64,000 bases of DNA, taken from Candidatus Omnitrophota bacterium (lineage in GTDB: Bacteria > Omnitrophota > Omnitrophia > Omnitrophales > Aquincolibacteriaceae). The notes below the pieces were generated by a model that worked only from the letters and a program-made list of their open reading frames with translations, was not told where the DNA came from and ran no database searches. This document shows positions 52,301 to 63,167 of this stretch, in pieces; within the stretch, counting starts at the first letter, position 1; each line of letters opens with the position of its first letter. The stretch covers positions 6,270-70,269 of the forward strand of contig JBDRCT010000013.1 of the NCBI GenBank assembly GCA_043821445.1, written 5' to 3'. The translations under genes were made by a program, and so were the position numbers.

Positions 52301-53909
52301 CCACAAAGCTCATTAGTGACATCACGAGATTTTCACGATACGGATCGATCGGCGGATTGGTCACTTGCGCGAAAAGCTGCCTGAAGTAATTATAAAGGAG
52401 CTGGGAACGGTCCGAAAGAACGGCAAGCGCGGCGTCATTGCCCATGGAGCCCACGGGTTCCTGCGCGTTCTGTGCCATCGGAAGAAGGATCATCTTTTCG
52501 TCTTCGAGCGTGTAACCGAAAATGCGCTGGCGGAGTGCGAGCGTCTTTTCATCGACTTCCACGGGACCCGGCACCTGAAGCAATCCTCTTAATTCGATCC
52601 GGTTCTCTTCAAGCCACCGGCGGTAGGGTTTACTCCGGGCGATCACGGATTTGATCTCATTGTCCTTGATCACCCGTCTCGAAACCGTATCCACCAAAAG
52701 CATCTTCCCGGGGGTCAGCATTCCTTTCTCAAGAATGTCCGGAGGATTTAGATCAAGCACTCCGACCTCGGACGCCATGACCACAAGCCCGCTTTTTGTG
52801 ATGACATAGCGGACAGGACGCAGGCCGTTCCGGTCCAGGATCGCGCCGACCTTCATTCCGTCCGTGAATGCAACGGCGGCGGGGCCATCCCACGGTTCCA
52901 TGATCGCGGCGTGATATTCAAGGAATGCCCGCTTCGCCTCGCTGATATGGTATTTCACGCCGAAGGCCTCGGGGATCATCATCATCATGGCATGCTCCAT
53001 GGAGCGTCCGCCCAGGGTCAAGAGCTCAAAAACATTATCAAGGATGCCCGAATCGCTTAAGTTAGGATTGATGACCGGCAAAATCTTTTTGATCCCAGCA
53101 CCTAAAAGATCCGAGGAGATCCTCGTCTCCCGGGCCATCATCTTGTTGATGTTGCCGCGCAGGGTATTGATCTCCCCGTTATGCGCCAAAAAATGGAAGG
53201 GGTGTGCCAGGGCCCAGGATGGGAACGTATTCGTGGAATAGCGTTGATGCACGACTGCAAGAGCGCTGACGAGATCTTCATCCATAAGATCGATAAAGAA
53301 GTGGTCAAACTGCGGGGCCGCGAACATGCCTTTGTAGACGACCGTGCGTGAGGAAAGGGACGGGATATAGAAATCTTCCAGGGCCCAACCCAGCTTCACC
53401 GCTTCGTTCTCAAGAATTTTCCGGAGCATGTAAAGACGACGTTCCAAGACCAGCTTCTCAAGCCCGTCATAGGCCACAAAGACCTGCCAAATGGACGGCA
53501 TCACTTCCCGGGCCATGTCTCCGAGACAGTCCGGATGGACCGGGACTTCCCGCCACCCGAGGACTTTTCCGCCGTCCAGAATGATCTGATCGGCGATCAT
53601 CTTTCGCGCGTGTTCGGAATTTTTTTCCTGCCTCGGAAGGAAAAGCATCCCCACGCCGTACTTTCCTTCGACCGGCAGCTGAAATTTCAGAACTCTGGAG
53701 AAAAACTTGTGCGGGATCTGAAGGATCATGCCGGCGCCGTCGCCGGTCTTCAGATCGCCTCCGACCGCGCCGCGATGAACGAGATTTTTCAGGATCTGAA
53801 CTCCGTCGCGGACGACCTGGTGCGTTCTTGTCCCGTCGATCTTAACGATGAAACCGACGCCACACGCGTCATGCTCCATATGGGGATGATAAAGTCCTTG
53901 CGCTTTCAT
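49386..53909 (-). CDS. gltB: Glutamate synthase large subunit
   Basis: EHDACGVG Ntn start, HQRYSTNT, EPWDGPA, QGAKPGEGGQLPG, CIMMRKCHLNTCPVG, GXGXG domain. Confidence 0.98.
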   Translation of the reverse strand: MKAQGLYHPHMEHDACGVGFIVKIDGTRTHQVVRDGVQILKNLVHRGAVGGDLKTGDGAGMILQIPHKFFSRVLKFQLPVEGKYGVGMLFLPRQEKNSEHARKMIADQIILDGGKVLGWREVPVHPDCLGDMAREVMPSIWQVFVAYDGLEKLVLERRLYMLRKILENEAVKLGWALEDFYIPSLSSRTVVYKGMFAAPQFDHFFIDLMDEDLVSALAVVHQRYSTNTFPSWALAHPFHFLAHNGEINTLRGNINKMMARETRISSDLLGAGIKKILPVINPNLSDSGILDNVFELLTLGGRSMEHAMMMMIPEAFGVKYHISEAKRAFLEYHAAIMEPWDGPAAVAFTDGMKVGAILDRNGLRPVRYVITKSGLVVMASEVGVLDLNPPDILEKGMLTPGKMLLVDTVSRRVIKDNEIKSVIARSKPYRRWLEENRIELRGLLQVPGPVEVDEKTLALRQRIFGYTLEDEKMILLPMAQNAQEPVGSMGNDAALAVLSDRSQLLYNYFRQLFAQVTNPPIDPYRENLVMSLMSFVGRQGNLLSETPEHCHQLKLSHPILTNDDIERLKASNLTSFRVCTVPMLFDVSASAGSLEKSVQALCVHVEQKLDEGYSLVILSDRETGPGKAPIPALLAGSAVHQHLIRKGKRYLGGLVLETGEAREVHHFACLVGYGVNAINPYLVFESLADLKRRGHLSAEITLETAIEHYITAVKKGLLKVMSKMGISTLRSYRGAQIFEAVGLNDEFVKRYFPGTPSRIQGIGLEVVERESLDRFAAAFQGSRSNTEILDSGGSYHYRLNAEKHLFSPQAIVNLQQSVREGDYNVFKRYTSEVNDISKNLCTLRGLFKFKKGQPVPIEEVEPVDSIVKRFVSSAMSFGSISKEAHETIAIAMNRLGAGSNSGEGGEDEARYKPLPNGDSSKSSIKQVASARFGVTIDYLVHSRELQIKMAQGAKPGEGGQLPGHKVDELIARVRHSTPGVMLISPPPHHDIYSIEDLAQLIFDLKNANPEARISVKLVSEVGVGTVAAGVAKGKADMVLISGHDGGTGASPISSIKYAGSPWEIGLAEAQQVLVMNKLRDRIRVQVDGQLKTGRDIVIGAMLGAEEFGFGTTAVVTLGCIMMRKCHLNTCPVGVATQNPELRKRFAGKPEHLMNFMRFIAQEVREIMAELGFKKFEEMVGRVDRLEVLEAVTHYKTRGLDFSKVLSVPEVPHGGSIRCVSAPAHDFSLSLDPDLIKKAKSALEFKQPIVLEQKIRNCNRTVGTTLSYEIAKRYGLKGLPEDTIKIKFEGSAGQSFGAFLAHGVTLELEGDANDYFGKGLSGGRLIVYPPRSATFRPQDNIITGNVNLFGATGGEAYIHGRAGVRFCVRNSGAVAVVEGVGDHGCEYMTGGRVIILGQTGVNFAAGMSGGIAYVLDESQFFDTRCNLEMVDLEPVAEKEDREFLKTAIERHAKFTGSQYAKAILASWDEMLPRFVKVMPMDYKKAVAKMKEHQMKNSESAEMTEEVFF

Positions 53910-54022
53910 TGCTTTTTCCCTTTATACTTTGACACTTTGATACTTTGATACCTTACAACGTCATGATAGTCTTGGACCGACCGGACATCCAGCTCATTAT
54001 CCTTCAAGGCCTGAGTCCCGGG
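53906..54022 (-). pseudogene. Remnant second copy of the carB 3' end
   Basis: Translates QALKDNELDVRSVQDYHD...KKQ*, versus [18 protein letters not shown] at the end of carB (56643-56705); its TGA overlaps the gltB ATG. Confidence 0.8.
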
Positions 54023-54031
54023 CCTCGAACA

Positions 54032-56609
54032 TTACCCGAAATAGCAGATGACTTTTTGAGAAAGGATATCCGCGGCGATCTTGAGTTCGTTCTTCTTTAC
54101 ATCGAACACCTTGACCACGTGTTCATATTTTTTGTATTCCGGTGCCAATTTCTTAAGTGTCTTGGGAATCGCTTCAAAGAATTTCCGGTCCATCGCCACG
54201 CTCGGATCATCCGGGAAAAGGGCCACATAAAAGATCCCCGTTTCCACAAGGTCCTGGAAGAAATGGGTCCCAAAGGAGATCTCGGGAGATGCATTCTCCG
54301 TGACAAAAGCGATCTCCCCAAGGACCGTAATATGATTGATCTCGGCAAAAGAGACCGGCACCCCCAGAGAAGGCGTGGTCGTCCCCCACCGGCCCGGGCC
54401 CAAGAGCATCACGGCCATTTTCTCCTTGCTCTCGATCTTTCGATTGAGTTCTCCGACAATGCGCGCAATGTCATAACGCTCGGATTGTGTTTCCAGCCCG
54501 CAATAAGCCTCCGGGTCTACGTAGATGATCCTGTCGATCGTCTGCAAAATATTCCCGCCGAGAAAATTCCCTTTCGAACAGAAGAGGGTCTTGTCCTTGG
54601 GGATCATTTTCGGGATCTTGACGCGCTGCCCCAATCCTTTGGTCTGCATCGGCCGGCATTGGACCAGGTTCATCTGGAACTCCTCGTTTTTCTTGAAATT
54701 GACCGTGAATTCGATATCCACGGGATAGCCGTAGGCCGCTTCCAAGATCTTGAGGATCTTCTGCATGATCGGACAAAATTCTGTCTTTGAAACAAGGCTA
54801 TCGAATGTGATGATCCAGGGTTCCTCTTCGGACCCCATCGCCTGTAATTTCTCCGCAACTTCATGGTCTTTGATCGCCAGAAGCTCGAGAGGTAGCCCCA
54901 CTTTTTCCCTAAGTAATTTTCTGAAAGAGATCGTTTGCGGAATATTTTCTTTGATGTTTAATACATCCACGTCATGTTGGGAGAATTTTTGCGTCGCCGC
55001 CATCCCCGCATAAGCCTTGAGAAGAGGTTCATCCAAAGCCACGACCCTCGGGTAGTCACCTTCGACACGATTGACCGCGCGGGTCCCCAGACCCAGGACC
55101 AAACGCAACATGCCTGCCTTGGGATCCAGACCGCTCTTCCAGACAAAAACGTTTTGTGAGATTCCGACACCGGCGACATCCGGGAAGAAATAATCCTGAT
55201 GGTAGGCCCCTGAGACCCTCTGGACAAGAAGCGCCATTTGTTCGTCCATCTGGTCCAATCCGCGTTGCAGCCGGTAAGCCAAAGCATCCGGATTCATCGT
55301 GGAGGCATAGATCCGCCGGACCGCCTCAACGAACTTCGCATACCGCTCGTCGGGCGTCCCCTGATTGACGAGAAAAACACTTTCATATTTCCCGGCAAAG
55401 GCATTCCCGTAACTGTCCTCGAGCAAACTGCTGGAACGGACGATGATCGGTGATTGCCCGAAATATTCGATCATCTGCAAGAATTGGTCCTTGATCTCTT
55501 CGGGGAAAACACCCCTTAGCAATTCTTCATGAAGTTTCCCGGCCACTTCAAAATAACCTTCGGGAGTCCTCTGCGCCATATGGTCTTTCCACAGGCCATT
55601 TTCAACAATGTAGGTATAGAAGACGTCCGAACCGATATAGAAGGAATCGTGGGGTTCGAATAATTTTTCCGTTTCCAGGGACTTTTCTTTCAACAAAATG
55701 CTCCGGGCGATCAACATCCCCACGGATTTACCTCCGATGAACCCGGTCCCGATCATTCTCGCCTTGATATTCAATAGATCATCGAGCGCAAGGTTCTCCT
55801 TGGCCAGGCCCAGCATTTTTTCATCGCGTGCCAATACGATCCGGCACAGCTGGTCCATCATTTGTTCTTTAGCCCCGTGAGAAGCGCCTTTGCGGCCGGC
55901 AAGGTCCTCCGCCTTTAAGAAAAGCTGGTCCCAGTAATCCAGATAACGTTTGGCGCTCTTGGCCCCTTTTTTAAAGATCTCAGAGAAAACCTTCGCCGTG
56001 TCGGCGCTGTTGGCGATCGGGATGAATTTTTCCTTCTGACGGACATGAGGCAGGAACATGGTCGGGGAATACCGGTTCCAAACCTTCAGAAGGTGGATAT
56101 AGCAATCGCCGTGGTAATAATACACTTCGATCAAGAGCTGGGTCGTATCCCGGATACGCGCGACGGTCTTGAACGAATGCCGGTTCCGCAAAAGAGCAAA
56201 ATAGGCGATCGTATTCAGTTCATAAAGGTAGGGGGCAGGTGATCTTGAAAAAATTCCCGATCATGAGATCATTGGCCCAAGCCGAGAGCAGGTCCGAGAG
56301 GCAGTCAAAAACATAAAAAACGCCTTCGCCTTCTTTCTTCGCGATACTGTTGATCTCGGCGGAAAAAGGTTCAAAGCCTGCGTGCGGATCCAGTTTGTAG
56401 ACCTTGATGTTCTTGTCTTCCTTCAGCAGGGGCTCGTGACTGGCAAAGCGGATATAGACGAGCCTTCTTTTTTCTTCGAGAGCTTTTTGGACGAGGGGAA
56501 TGACAAATTCCGCGTAATGTTGGATCGTATCGACTTGCCAAACGACATTGTCGCCCAGCCGCAATCCCGTGGTCACTTTGTCGAGACCCTTCACTCCTGA
56601 GCTGATCAA
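54032..56609 (-). pseudogene. PEP/pyruvate-binding (PPDK/PPS N-terminal-like) protein with RecA/KaiC-like N-terminus, split by a 1-bp frameshift
   Basis: ORFs 56220-56609 and 54032-56191 join (…ITCPYLYELNTIAYFALLRNRH…) if one base is removed from the G5 run at 56231-56235; motifs IGGKSVGM, IVRSSSLLED, FAGKYES, GLGTRAV, PVDIEF, LVQCRP. Confidence 0.8.
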
Positions 56610-56628
56610 GAGACTCTCCTTTTATGAC

Positions 56629-59600
56629 TTAATTGTGATGCGCATGATAATCATGGATCGACCGGACGTCCAGGTCACTATCCTTGACGGCCTGGAGTCC
56701 CCGGAGTGCCGCGCGCGCGGCGCTCAACGGCGTGATACAAGGAATATTAAAAGCGACCGCAAGCGACCGTATCTTACCCTCATCCAGCATCGGGCCTTTC
56801 CCGCTCGGCGTATTGATGATGAGATCCATTTTTTTATTCCGGACCCAATCCCCGATATTCGGACTTCCCTCGGTAATCTTCAGGATCTCCTGAACCGGCA
56901 CCCGGTAGTCTCTCAGCACCTGCGTCGTTCCTTTGGTCGACACGATCTTGAAGCCGAGCCGGTGGAATGCCCTGGCGATCTCTGCGATCTTCGGCTTGTC
57001 GGTATCCTTCACACTGATAAAAATTGTACCCTTTCGCGGGATACAACTCATCGCCGCGTCCTGGGACTTGTAGAATGCCCGGCCGAAATCCTTATCGATC
57101 CCCATGACCTCTCCTGTGGATTTCATTTCCGGTGAAAGAATAATGTCGACCCCCGGGAACTTCACGAACGGAAACACGGATTCTTTTACCGCCACATGTT
57201 TCGGCACAACCTCTTCGGTAAATTTCAGCTCTTTAAGTGTCTTGCCTGCCATAAGCTGCGCGGCAAGCTTGGCGAGCGGCACCCCGATCGTTTTGCTCAC
57301 AAACGGAACCGTTCGTGACGCGCGGGGATTCACTTCCAGGCAATAAACCTGCCCTTTTTGGATCGCGTACTGGACGTTCATCAGCCCTACCACGCCGAGC
57401 TCTTTGGCGATCTGTTTGGTCTTTGAAACGATCTCTTCAACGATCTCCCTGGGGACCGAGAATGGCGGAATGACGGAAGCGCTGTCACCGGAATGAATGC
57501 CGGCTTCTTCAATGTGTTCCATGACCGAGCCGACGACCGCGATCTTCCCGTCTGAAATAAGGTCCACATCCATTTCAGTCGCATCTTCCAGGAATTTATC
57601 GACCAGCACCGGCTGGTCGTCACTTGCCTCGACCGCCTGTTTCATATATTTTTTAAGAGAGGTCTGGTCATACACGATTTCCATCGCACGCCCTCCGAGC
57701 ACGTAGGACGGACGGATCACGACAGGATATCCTATTTCCTTTGCGATCTGATGGGCCTCGTCGATGCTCGTCGCGATCCCATTGGCGGGCTGGCGCAAAC
57801 CGATCTTCTTAAGAAGCTTCTTGAACCTGTCGCGGTCTTCGGCGCGGTCGATCGCGTCGACCGAGGTCCCAAGGATCTTCACACCGTTCGCCAAGAGGGA
57901 TTTCGCGAGATTTAAGGGCGTCTGTCCGCCCAGCTGAAGGATCACGCCCAATGGTTTTTCATTTTCATAGATATTAAGGACATCTTCCAGCGTGAGCGGC
58001 TCGAAGAAAAGTTTGTCGGAAGTGTCATAGTCAGTACTCACGGTCTCCGGGTTGGAGTTGACCATGATCGTTTCATAGCCCATTTTCCTGAGCGCAAGCA
58101 CGGCGTGAACGCAGCAATAATCAAATTCGATCCCCTGTCCGATGCGGTTCGGCCCGCCCCCGAGGATCATGACTTTCTTTTTCCGGCTGGGGTTCGCTTC
58201 GTCCTCGTCCTCATAAGTCGAATAAAAATAAGGCGTGTAGGCCTTGAATTCCGCGGCGCAGGTATCTACGAGCTTATAGACCGGTTTGATGCCGAGGTTC
58301 TTGCGTTTTTTGCGCACATCCTTTTCCTGGAGCCCCCAGTAAAACGCCAGCTGCCGGTCGGAGAATCCATATTGCTTGGCCTGACGCATGAGCGTCTCCT
58401 GCTGTTTGGGCTTCCCCTGTACGGCAAGCAATTCCCATTCAAGTTCGATGATCTGCTCCATCTGTGCCAAGAACCACGGATCGACCCCTGTCTTTTGATA
58501 GATCTCTGCGGTGGTGTACCCGGCCAGATAAGCGTATTTCAGGTAAAAGACCCTGCCTTCCCGCGGGACTCTGGCATAAGCGAATATTTTTTCACGAAGA
58601 TCTTTGTCATTCGGAACCGTTTTGATGAACTGGAGATATTCCTCGCGTGTTTTGAGCGTCAGGTCAAAGATCTTATCCTTCCCGTCGCCCCCGAACCCAA
58701 AGCGCTTTGTCTCAAGCGAGCGTAATCCTTTTTGAAATGCTTCCTTGAAGGTGCGGCCGATGGACATGATCTCGCCCACGGATTTCATTTGTGTCGTTAA
58801 ACGGTCATCTACGCCTTCGAATTTTTCAAAAGCGAAGCGCGGGATCTTGACCACGCAATAGTCGATCGAAGGCTCGAATGAGGCGGGAGTGTATTTGGTG
58901 ATATCGTTGGGAATCTCGTCCAGCGTAAGTCCGACCGCGAGCTTGGCCGCGAATTTTGCGATCGGAAATCCCGTGGCCTTGGAGGCAAGGGCCGATGAAC
59001 GGGACACGCGCGGATTCATTTCAATGATGACCATACGGCCCGTTTTGGGGTCGACCGCGAACTGGACATTGGAACCGCCGGTCTCGATCCCGATCTCGGA
59101 CATAACTTTGCGTGCGGCGTCGCGCATCCGCTGGTATTCCCGGTCCGTCAGGGTCTGCGCCGGAGCCACGGTGATGGAATCGCCCGTATGCACTCCCATG
59201 GGGTCAAGATTCTCGATGGAACAAATGACCACAAAATTGTCGTTGATGTCCCGCATCACTTCCAACTCATACTCCTTCCACCCGACGATCGATTCTTCGA
59301 TCAGGATCTCATGGACCCGGCTGTAATCAAGCCCCGTGCGTGCCGTAGTCCGGAGTTCTGCAAGATTATGACAAACACCGCTTCCCGAACCGCCGAGCGT
59401 GAAACTCGCCCTTACGATCACCGGATAGCCGATCTTTTCGGCGACCTTCTCGGCTTCTTCCAGAGAATACGCAAAATCACTTTTTGGAAGGTCCAGGCCG
59501 ATCCTTTGCATGGCGCGTTTGAATTCCTCCCGGTTCTCGGCCTTCTTGATCGCATCGTATTTCGCGCCGATCATCTCGACATTGTGGCGTTGGAACACTC

Positions 59601-59916
59601 CCGCTTCGTAGGCCTCGACCGCAAGATTCAGTCCCGTTTGACCGCCCATGGTCGGTAAGACCGCGTCGGGCTTCTCTTTGGCGATGACTTTCTCGAGAAA
59701 TTCCACCGTGAGCGGCTCGATATAGGTCGCATCCGCAAGTTCGGGGTCGGTCATGATGGTCGCAGGGTTCGAGTTGATGAGCGTGACCTTGTAGCCTTCT
59801 TCCTTTAGCGCCTTTACGGCCTGCGCGCCCGAGTAATCGAACTCGCAGGCCTGCCCGATGATGATAGGCCCGGACCCGATGATGAGGATCTTTTTAATGT
59901 CGGTTCTTTTTGGCAT
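56629..59916 (-). CDS. carB: Carbamoyl-phosphate synthase large subunit (copy 2)
   Basis: [30 protein letters not shown], two ATP-grasp domains, [19 protein letters not shown] domain. Confidence 0.97.
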   Translation of the reverse strand: MPKRTDIKKILIIGSGPIIIGQACEFDYSGAQAVKALKEEGYKVTLINSNPATIMTDPELADATYIEPLTVEFLEKVIAKEKPDAVLPTMGGQTGLNLAVEAYEAGVFQRHNVEMIGAKYDAIKKAENREEFKRAMQRIGLDLPKSDFAYSLEEAEKVAEKIGYPVIVRASFTLGGSGSGVCHNLAELRTTARTGLDYSRVHEILIEESIVGWKEYELEVMRDINDNFVVICSIENLDPMGVHTGDSITVAPAQTLTDREYQRMRDAARKVMSEIGIETGGSNVQFAVDPKTGRMVIIEMNPRVSRSSALASKATGFPIAKFAAKLAVGLTLDEIPNDITKYTPASFEPSIDYCVVKIPRFAFEKFEGVDDRLTTQMKSVGEIMSIGRTFKEAFQKGLRSLETKRFGFGGDGKDKIFDLTLKTREEYLQFIKTVPNDKDLREKIFAYARVPREGRVFYLKYAYLAGYTTAEIYQKTGVDPWFLAQMEQIIELEWELLAVQGKPKQQETLMRQAKQYGFSDRQLAFYWGLQEKDVRKKRKNLGIKPVYKLVDTCAAEFKAYTPYFYSTYEDEDEANPSRKKKVMILGGGPNRIGQGIEFDYCCVHAVLALRKMGYETIMVNSNPETVSTDYDTSDKLFFEPLTLEDVLNIYENEKPLGVILQLGGQTPLNLAKSLLANGVKILGTSVDAIDRAEDRDRFKKLLKKIGLRQPANGIATSIDEAHQIAKEIGYPVVIRPSYVLGGRAMEIVYDQTSLKKYMKQAVEASDDQPVLVDKFLEDATEMDVDLISDGKIAVVGSVMEHIEEAGIHSGDSASVIPPFSVPREIVEEIVSKTKQIAKELGVVGLMNVQYAIQKGQVYCLEVNPRASRTVPFVSKTIGVPLAKLAAQLMAGKTLKELKFTEEVVPKHVAVKESVFPFVKFPGVDIILSPEMKSTGEVMGIDKDFGRAFYKSQDAAMSCIPRKGTIFISVKDTDKPKIAEIARAFHRLGFKIVSTKGTTQVLRDYRVPVQEILKITEGSPNIGDWVRNKKMDLIINTPSGKGPMLDEGKIRSLAVAFNIPCITPLSAARAALRGLQAVKDSDLDVRSIHDYHAHHN

Positions 59917-59925
59917 TTTGACTTT

Positions 59926-62900
59926 CTAGACGGTCACCAGTTGTTTTTTCACACCATAATAATCCTGAAGCGATTTCGGCACGATCTTGTCCTTCTTCGC
60001 CGCCGTGATCCCCGCGACGGTCGCCTCCGCGGCTGCCAAGGAGGTCACATATGGCAGCTTGCGCTGGATCGCCATCATGCGGATATAGCTGTCATCCGCC
60101 TGGCTTCCGCGCCCCTCCGGCGTGTTGATGATAAGGTGCAACTCGCCGTTCTTGATGGCATCCGCGATATTGGGTTGACCTTCATGGATCTTTTTGATGA
60201 AGGTGTTTTCGATCTTTTGGGACGTCAGGAACGCACTTGTGTGTTCAGTCGCGAATATTCTGAACCCGAGCGCGGCAAGTTTCTTCGCGATCGGAGAAAG
60301 CATCTCCTTGTCCTTGGAAGCGACCGTCAGGAGAACGTTCCCTTCCAGCGGAAGTTTCGCTCCTGTGGCTTCCTGCGCCTTATAGAACGCGGCGCCGAAG
60401 TTGTCCCCGACCCCCATCACCTCCCCCGTGGCGCGCATTTCGGGACCCAGGATCGGATCCACCTCCGGGAACATATTGAACGGAAAAACAGCTTCCTTAA
60501 CGCCGAAGAAAAGAGCCTTGACGTCTTTCAATTGCGGAAAATCTTTGATCTTTTTCCCGAGCATCATCTCGGTCGCGATGCGCGCGATCGCCACGCCCGT
60601 GACCTTGGAGACGATCGGCACGGTGCGGGAAGCGCGCGGATTGGCTTCAAGGATATAGACCTTGCCGTCACAGATCGCGTACTGGACATTGATCAAACCT
60701 ACGACCTTGAGTGCCTTCGCGATCTTGTCCGTGTAGTCCCGGATCTGGTCCAAATGTTCCTTTGAGATGGTCCTGCTTGGGATCGAACAGGCGGAATCCC
60801 CCGAGTGCACTCCGGCCCATTCGATGTGCTCCATGACGGTCGTGACAAACGTGTCGCTCCCGTCCGCTAAGGCATCCACTTCACATTCAAGCGCCTTTTC
60901 GAGAAAGCGATCGATGAGCATCGGGAACTCCGGACTCACTTTGATGGCTTCGATCGCGTATTTCCTTAACATGGTTTCGTCATAAATGATCTCCATGCCT
61001 CGACCGCCAAGAACGAAAGAAGGACGGACCATCAGGGGATAGCCGATCCTCTCCGCGATCACAAGTGCTTCTTCCAATGAACGCGCGATACCGCTTTCGG
61101 GCTGCGGGATGCCGAGCTCGATCATCTTTTCCCGGAAAAGTTCGCGATCCTCTGCGAAAGCGATGCTTTCCGGCGTGGTCCCGAGGATCTTCACTCCGGC
61201 CTCTTTGAGCTGCCGGGCAACATTGAGAGGCGTTTGCCCCCCGAACTGGACGATCACACCTTCGGGCTTTTCTTTTTCATAGATCGCCAGGACGTCTTCG
61301 ACCGTCAAGGGCTCAAAATAGAGTTTGTTCGCCGTGTCATAATCCGTCGAAACGGTTTCAGGGTTGCAGTTGATCATGATCGATTCATATCCGGCAGCGC
61401 GAAGCGCAAAGACGGCATGCACGCAGGTGTAATCGAACTCGATCCCCTGGCCGATCCGGTTCGGACCGCCGCCGAGGATGAGGATCTTTTTATTCTTCGA
61501 AACCGCCACATCTTTTTTCCCAGGATGGTAGGTGGAATAATAATACGCCGCATTTTCCACGCCGCTCACCGGCACGGCTTCGTACCGCGCGATCTTGCCA
61601 AGACGGATACGGCGTTCTCTTATGGCGGCTTCCGAGACCTTGAACAGTCCCGCAAGATAGCGGTCGGAAAAACCCCACTCCTTGGCCTTAAGAAGATCCT
61701 TGTCCGTGAACTTGTCCCAGGAGTGTTTGAGGATCTCTTCTTCGAACATCACAAGTTCTTTCATTTCATTGATGAACCATTCGCCGATATGGGTCATGCA
61801 GTGAAGTTCGTCCACCGATAACCCATTCCGAAGGGCCTCGTACATCAAAAAGATCCGCTCGCTCGAAGGATGAGCTAAACGCCCCCGGAGCTGTTCCTCG
61901 GAAAGCTGTTTGAAATCCTTCGCCCCGCCGAGGCCGTAACGGCCGATCTCAAGGGACCGGATGGCTTTCTGGAACGCTTCTTTGAAATCCTTGCCGATGG
62001 ACATGACCTCTCCCACGGCTTTCATCTGGGTCCCGAGAATGTCCTTGGCCTTGGGAAATTTCTCGAATGCCCACCGGGAGAATTTGACGACGACATAGTC
62101 GCCGCTTGGCGTATATTTCTCAAGCGTACCGTCCCGCCAATAAGGGATCTCATCCATCGTCAGCCCGGCGGCAAGCCGGGTCGAGACCATGGCGATGGGA
62201 AAACCCGTCGCCTTCGAAGCCAGCGCCGAAGACCGCGATGTGCGCGGGTTGATCTCGATCACGACCACGCGGCCGTCTTTTTTGTTGTGCGCGAACTGGA
62301 TGTTCGTGCCGCCCACGACGCCGATCGCATCGACGATCTTGTAAGAATATTCCTGGAGCTTTTTCTGCAGTTCGGGCGCGATCGTCAGCATCGGCGCCAC
62401 GCAAAAGCTGTCACCCGTGTGAACGCCCATCGCGTCCACATTCTCGATAAAACAGACTGTGATCTTCTGGTTTTTCGCGTCACGAACGACTTCCAGTTCC
62501 AATTCCTCCCACCCGATCACTGCTTCTTCGATCAGCACTTGGCGGGCAATGCTCACCGTGAGCCCTCTGAGCGCGATGACCCGCAAGTCTTCAACGTTAT
62601 AAGCGATCCCGCCTCCGGTGCCGCCCATCGTATAAGCGGGACGGATCACGACCGGGTAACCGATCTTTTGTGCGATGGCTTCGCATTCCGCGACGGTATT
62701 GGCCGTAGCGGATTGCGGCACGGGGATCCCAAGTTGGGCCATGGTCGTCTTAAAGATCTCACGGTCTTCGCCGCGTTCAATGGCATCCGCTTTGACCCCG
62801 ATGATCTGAACGCCGTACTTCTCGAGAATACCTGTCTTATAAAGCGCCGAGGAAAGATTGAGTCCCGTTTGTCCCCCGAGGTTTGGCAGAAGAGCGTCGG

Positions 62901-63147
62901 GCCGCTCCTTGGCAATGATCTTCTCAAGACTTTCAACGGTGAGGGGTTCAATGTAGGTCTGGTCCGCCATCTCCGGGTCGGTCATGATCGTGGCGGGATT
63001 GGAATTCACTAGCACGATCTCATACCCTTCTTTGCGAAGGGCCTTGCACGCCTGCGTTCCGGAGTAATCGAATTCGCAAGCCTGGCCGATAATGATGGGG
63101 CCCGAGCCGATGATCAGGATCTTTTTGATGTCATTGCGTCTTGGCAT
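59926..63147 (-). CDS. carB: Carbamoyl-phosphate synthase large subunit (copy 1)
   Basis: [17 protein letters not shown], full-length; variant segment IPYWRDGTLEKYTPSGDY. Confidence 0.97.
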   Translation of the reverse strand: MPRRNDIKKILIIGSGPIIIGQACEFDYSGTQACKALRKEGYEIVLVNSNPATIMTDPEMADQTYIEPLTVESLEKIIAKERPDALLPNLGGQTGLNLSSALYKTGILEKYGVQIIGVKADAIERGEDREIFKTTMAQLGIPVPQSATANTVAECEAIAQKIGYPVVIRPAYTMGGTGGGIAYNVEDLRVIALRGLTVSIARQVLIEEAVIGWEELELEVVRDAKNQKITVCFIENVDAMGVHTGDSFCVAPMLTIAPELQKKLQEYSYKIVDAIGVVGGTNIQFAHNKKDGRVVVIEINPRTSRSSALASKATGFPIAMVSTRLAAGLTMDEIPYWRDGTLEKYTPSGDYVVVKFSRWAFEKFPKAKDILGTQMKAVGEVMSIGKDFKEAFQKAIRSLEIGRYGLGGAKDFKQLSEEQLRGRLAHPSSERIFLMYEALRNGLSVDELHCMTHIGEWFINEMKELVMFEEEILKHSWDKFTDKDLLKAKEWGFSDRYLAGLFKVSEAAIRERRIRLGKIARYEAVPVSGVENAAYYYSTYHPGKKDVAVSKNKKILILGGGPNRIGQGIEFDYTCVHAVFALRAAGYESIMINCNPETVSTDYDTANKLYFEPLTVEDVLAIYEKEKPEGVIVQFGGQTPLNVARQLKEAGVKILGTTPESIAFAEDRELFREKMIELGIPQPESGIARSLEEALVIAERIGYPLMVRPSFVLGGRGMEIIYDETMLRKYAIEAIKVSPEFPMLIDRFLEKALECEVDALADGSDTFVTTVMEHIEWAGVHSGDSACSIPSRTISKEHLDQIRDYTDKIAKALKVVGLINVQYAICDGKVYILEANPRASRTVPIVSKVTGVAIARIATEMMLGKKIKDFPQLKDVKALFFGVKEAVFPFNMFPEVDPILGPEMRATGEVMGVGDNFGAAFYKAQEATGAKLPLEGNVLLTVASKDKEMLSPIAKKLAALGFRIFATEHTSAFLTSQKIENTFIKKIHEGQPNIADAIKNGELHLIINTPEGRGSQADDSYIRMMAIQRKLPYVTSLAAAEATVAGITAAKKDKIVPKSLQDYYGVKKQLVTV

Positions 63148-63167
63148 AATATCCCTCGTTCCTTTTT

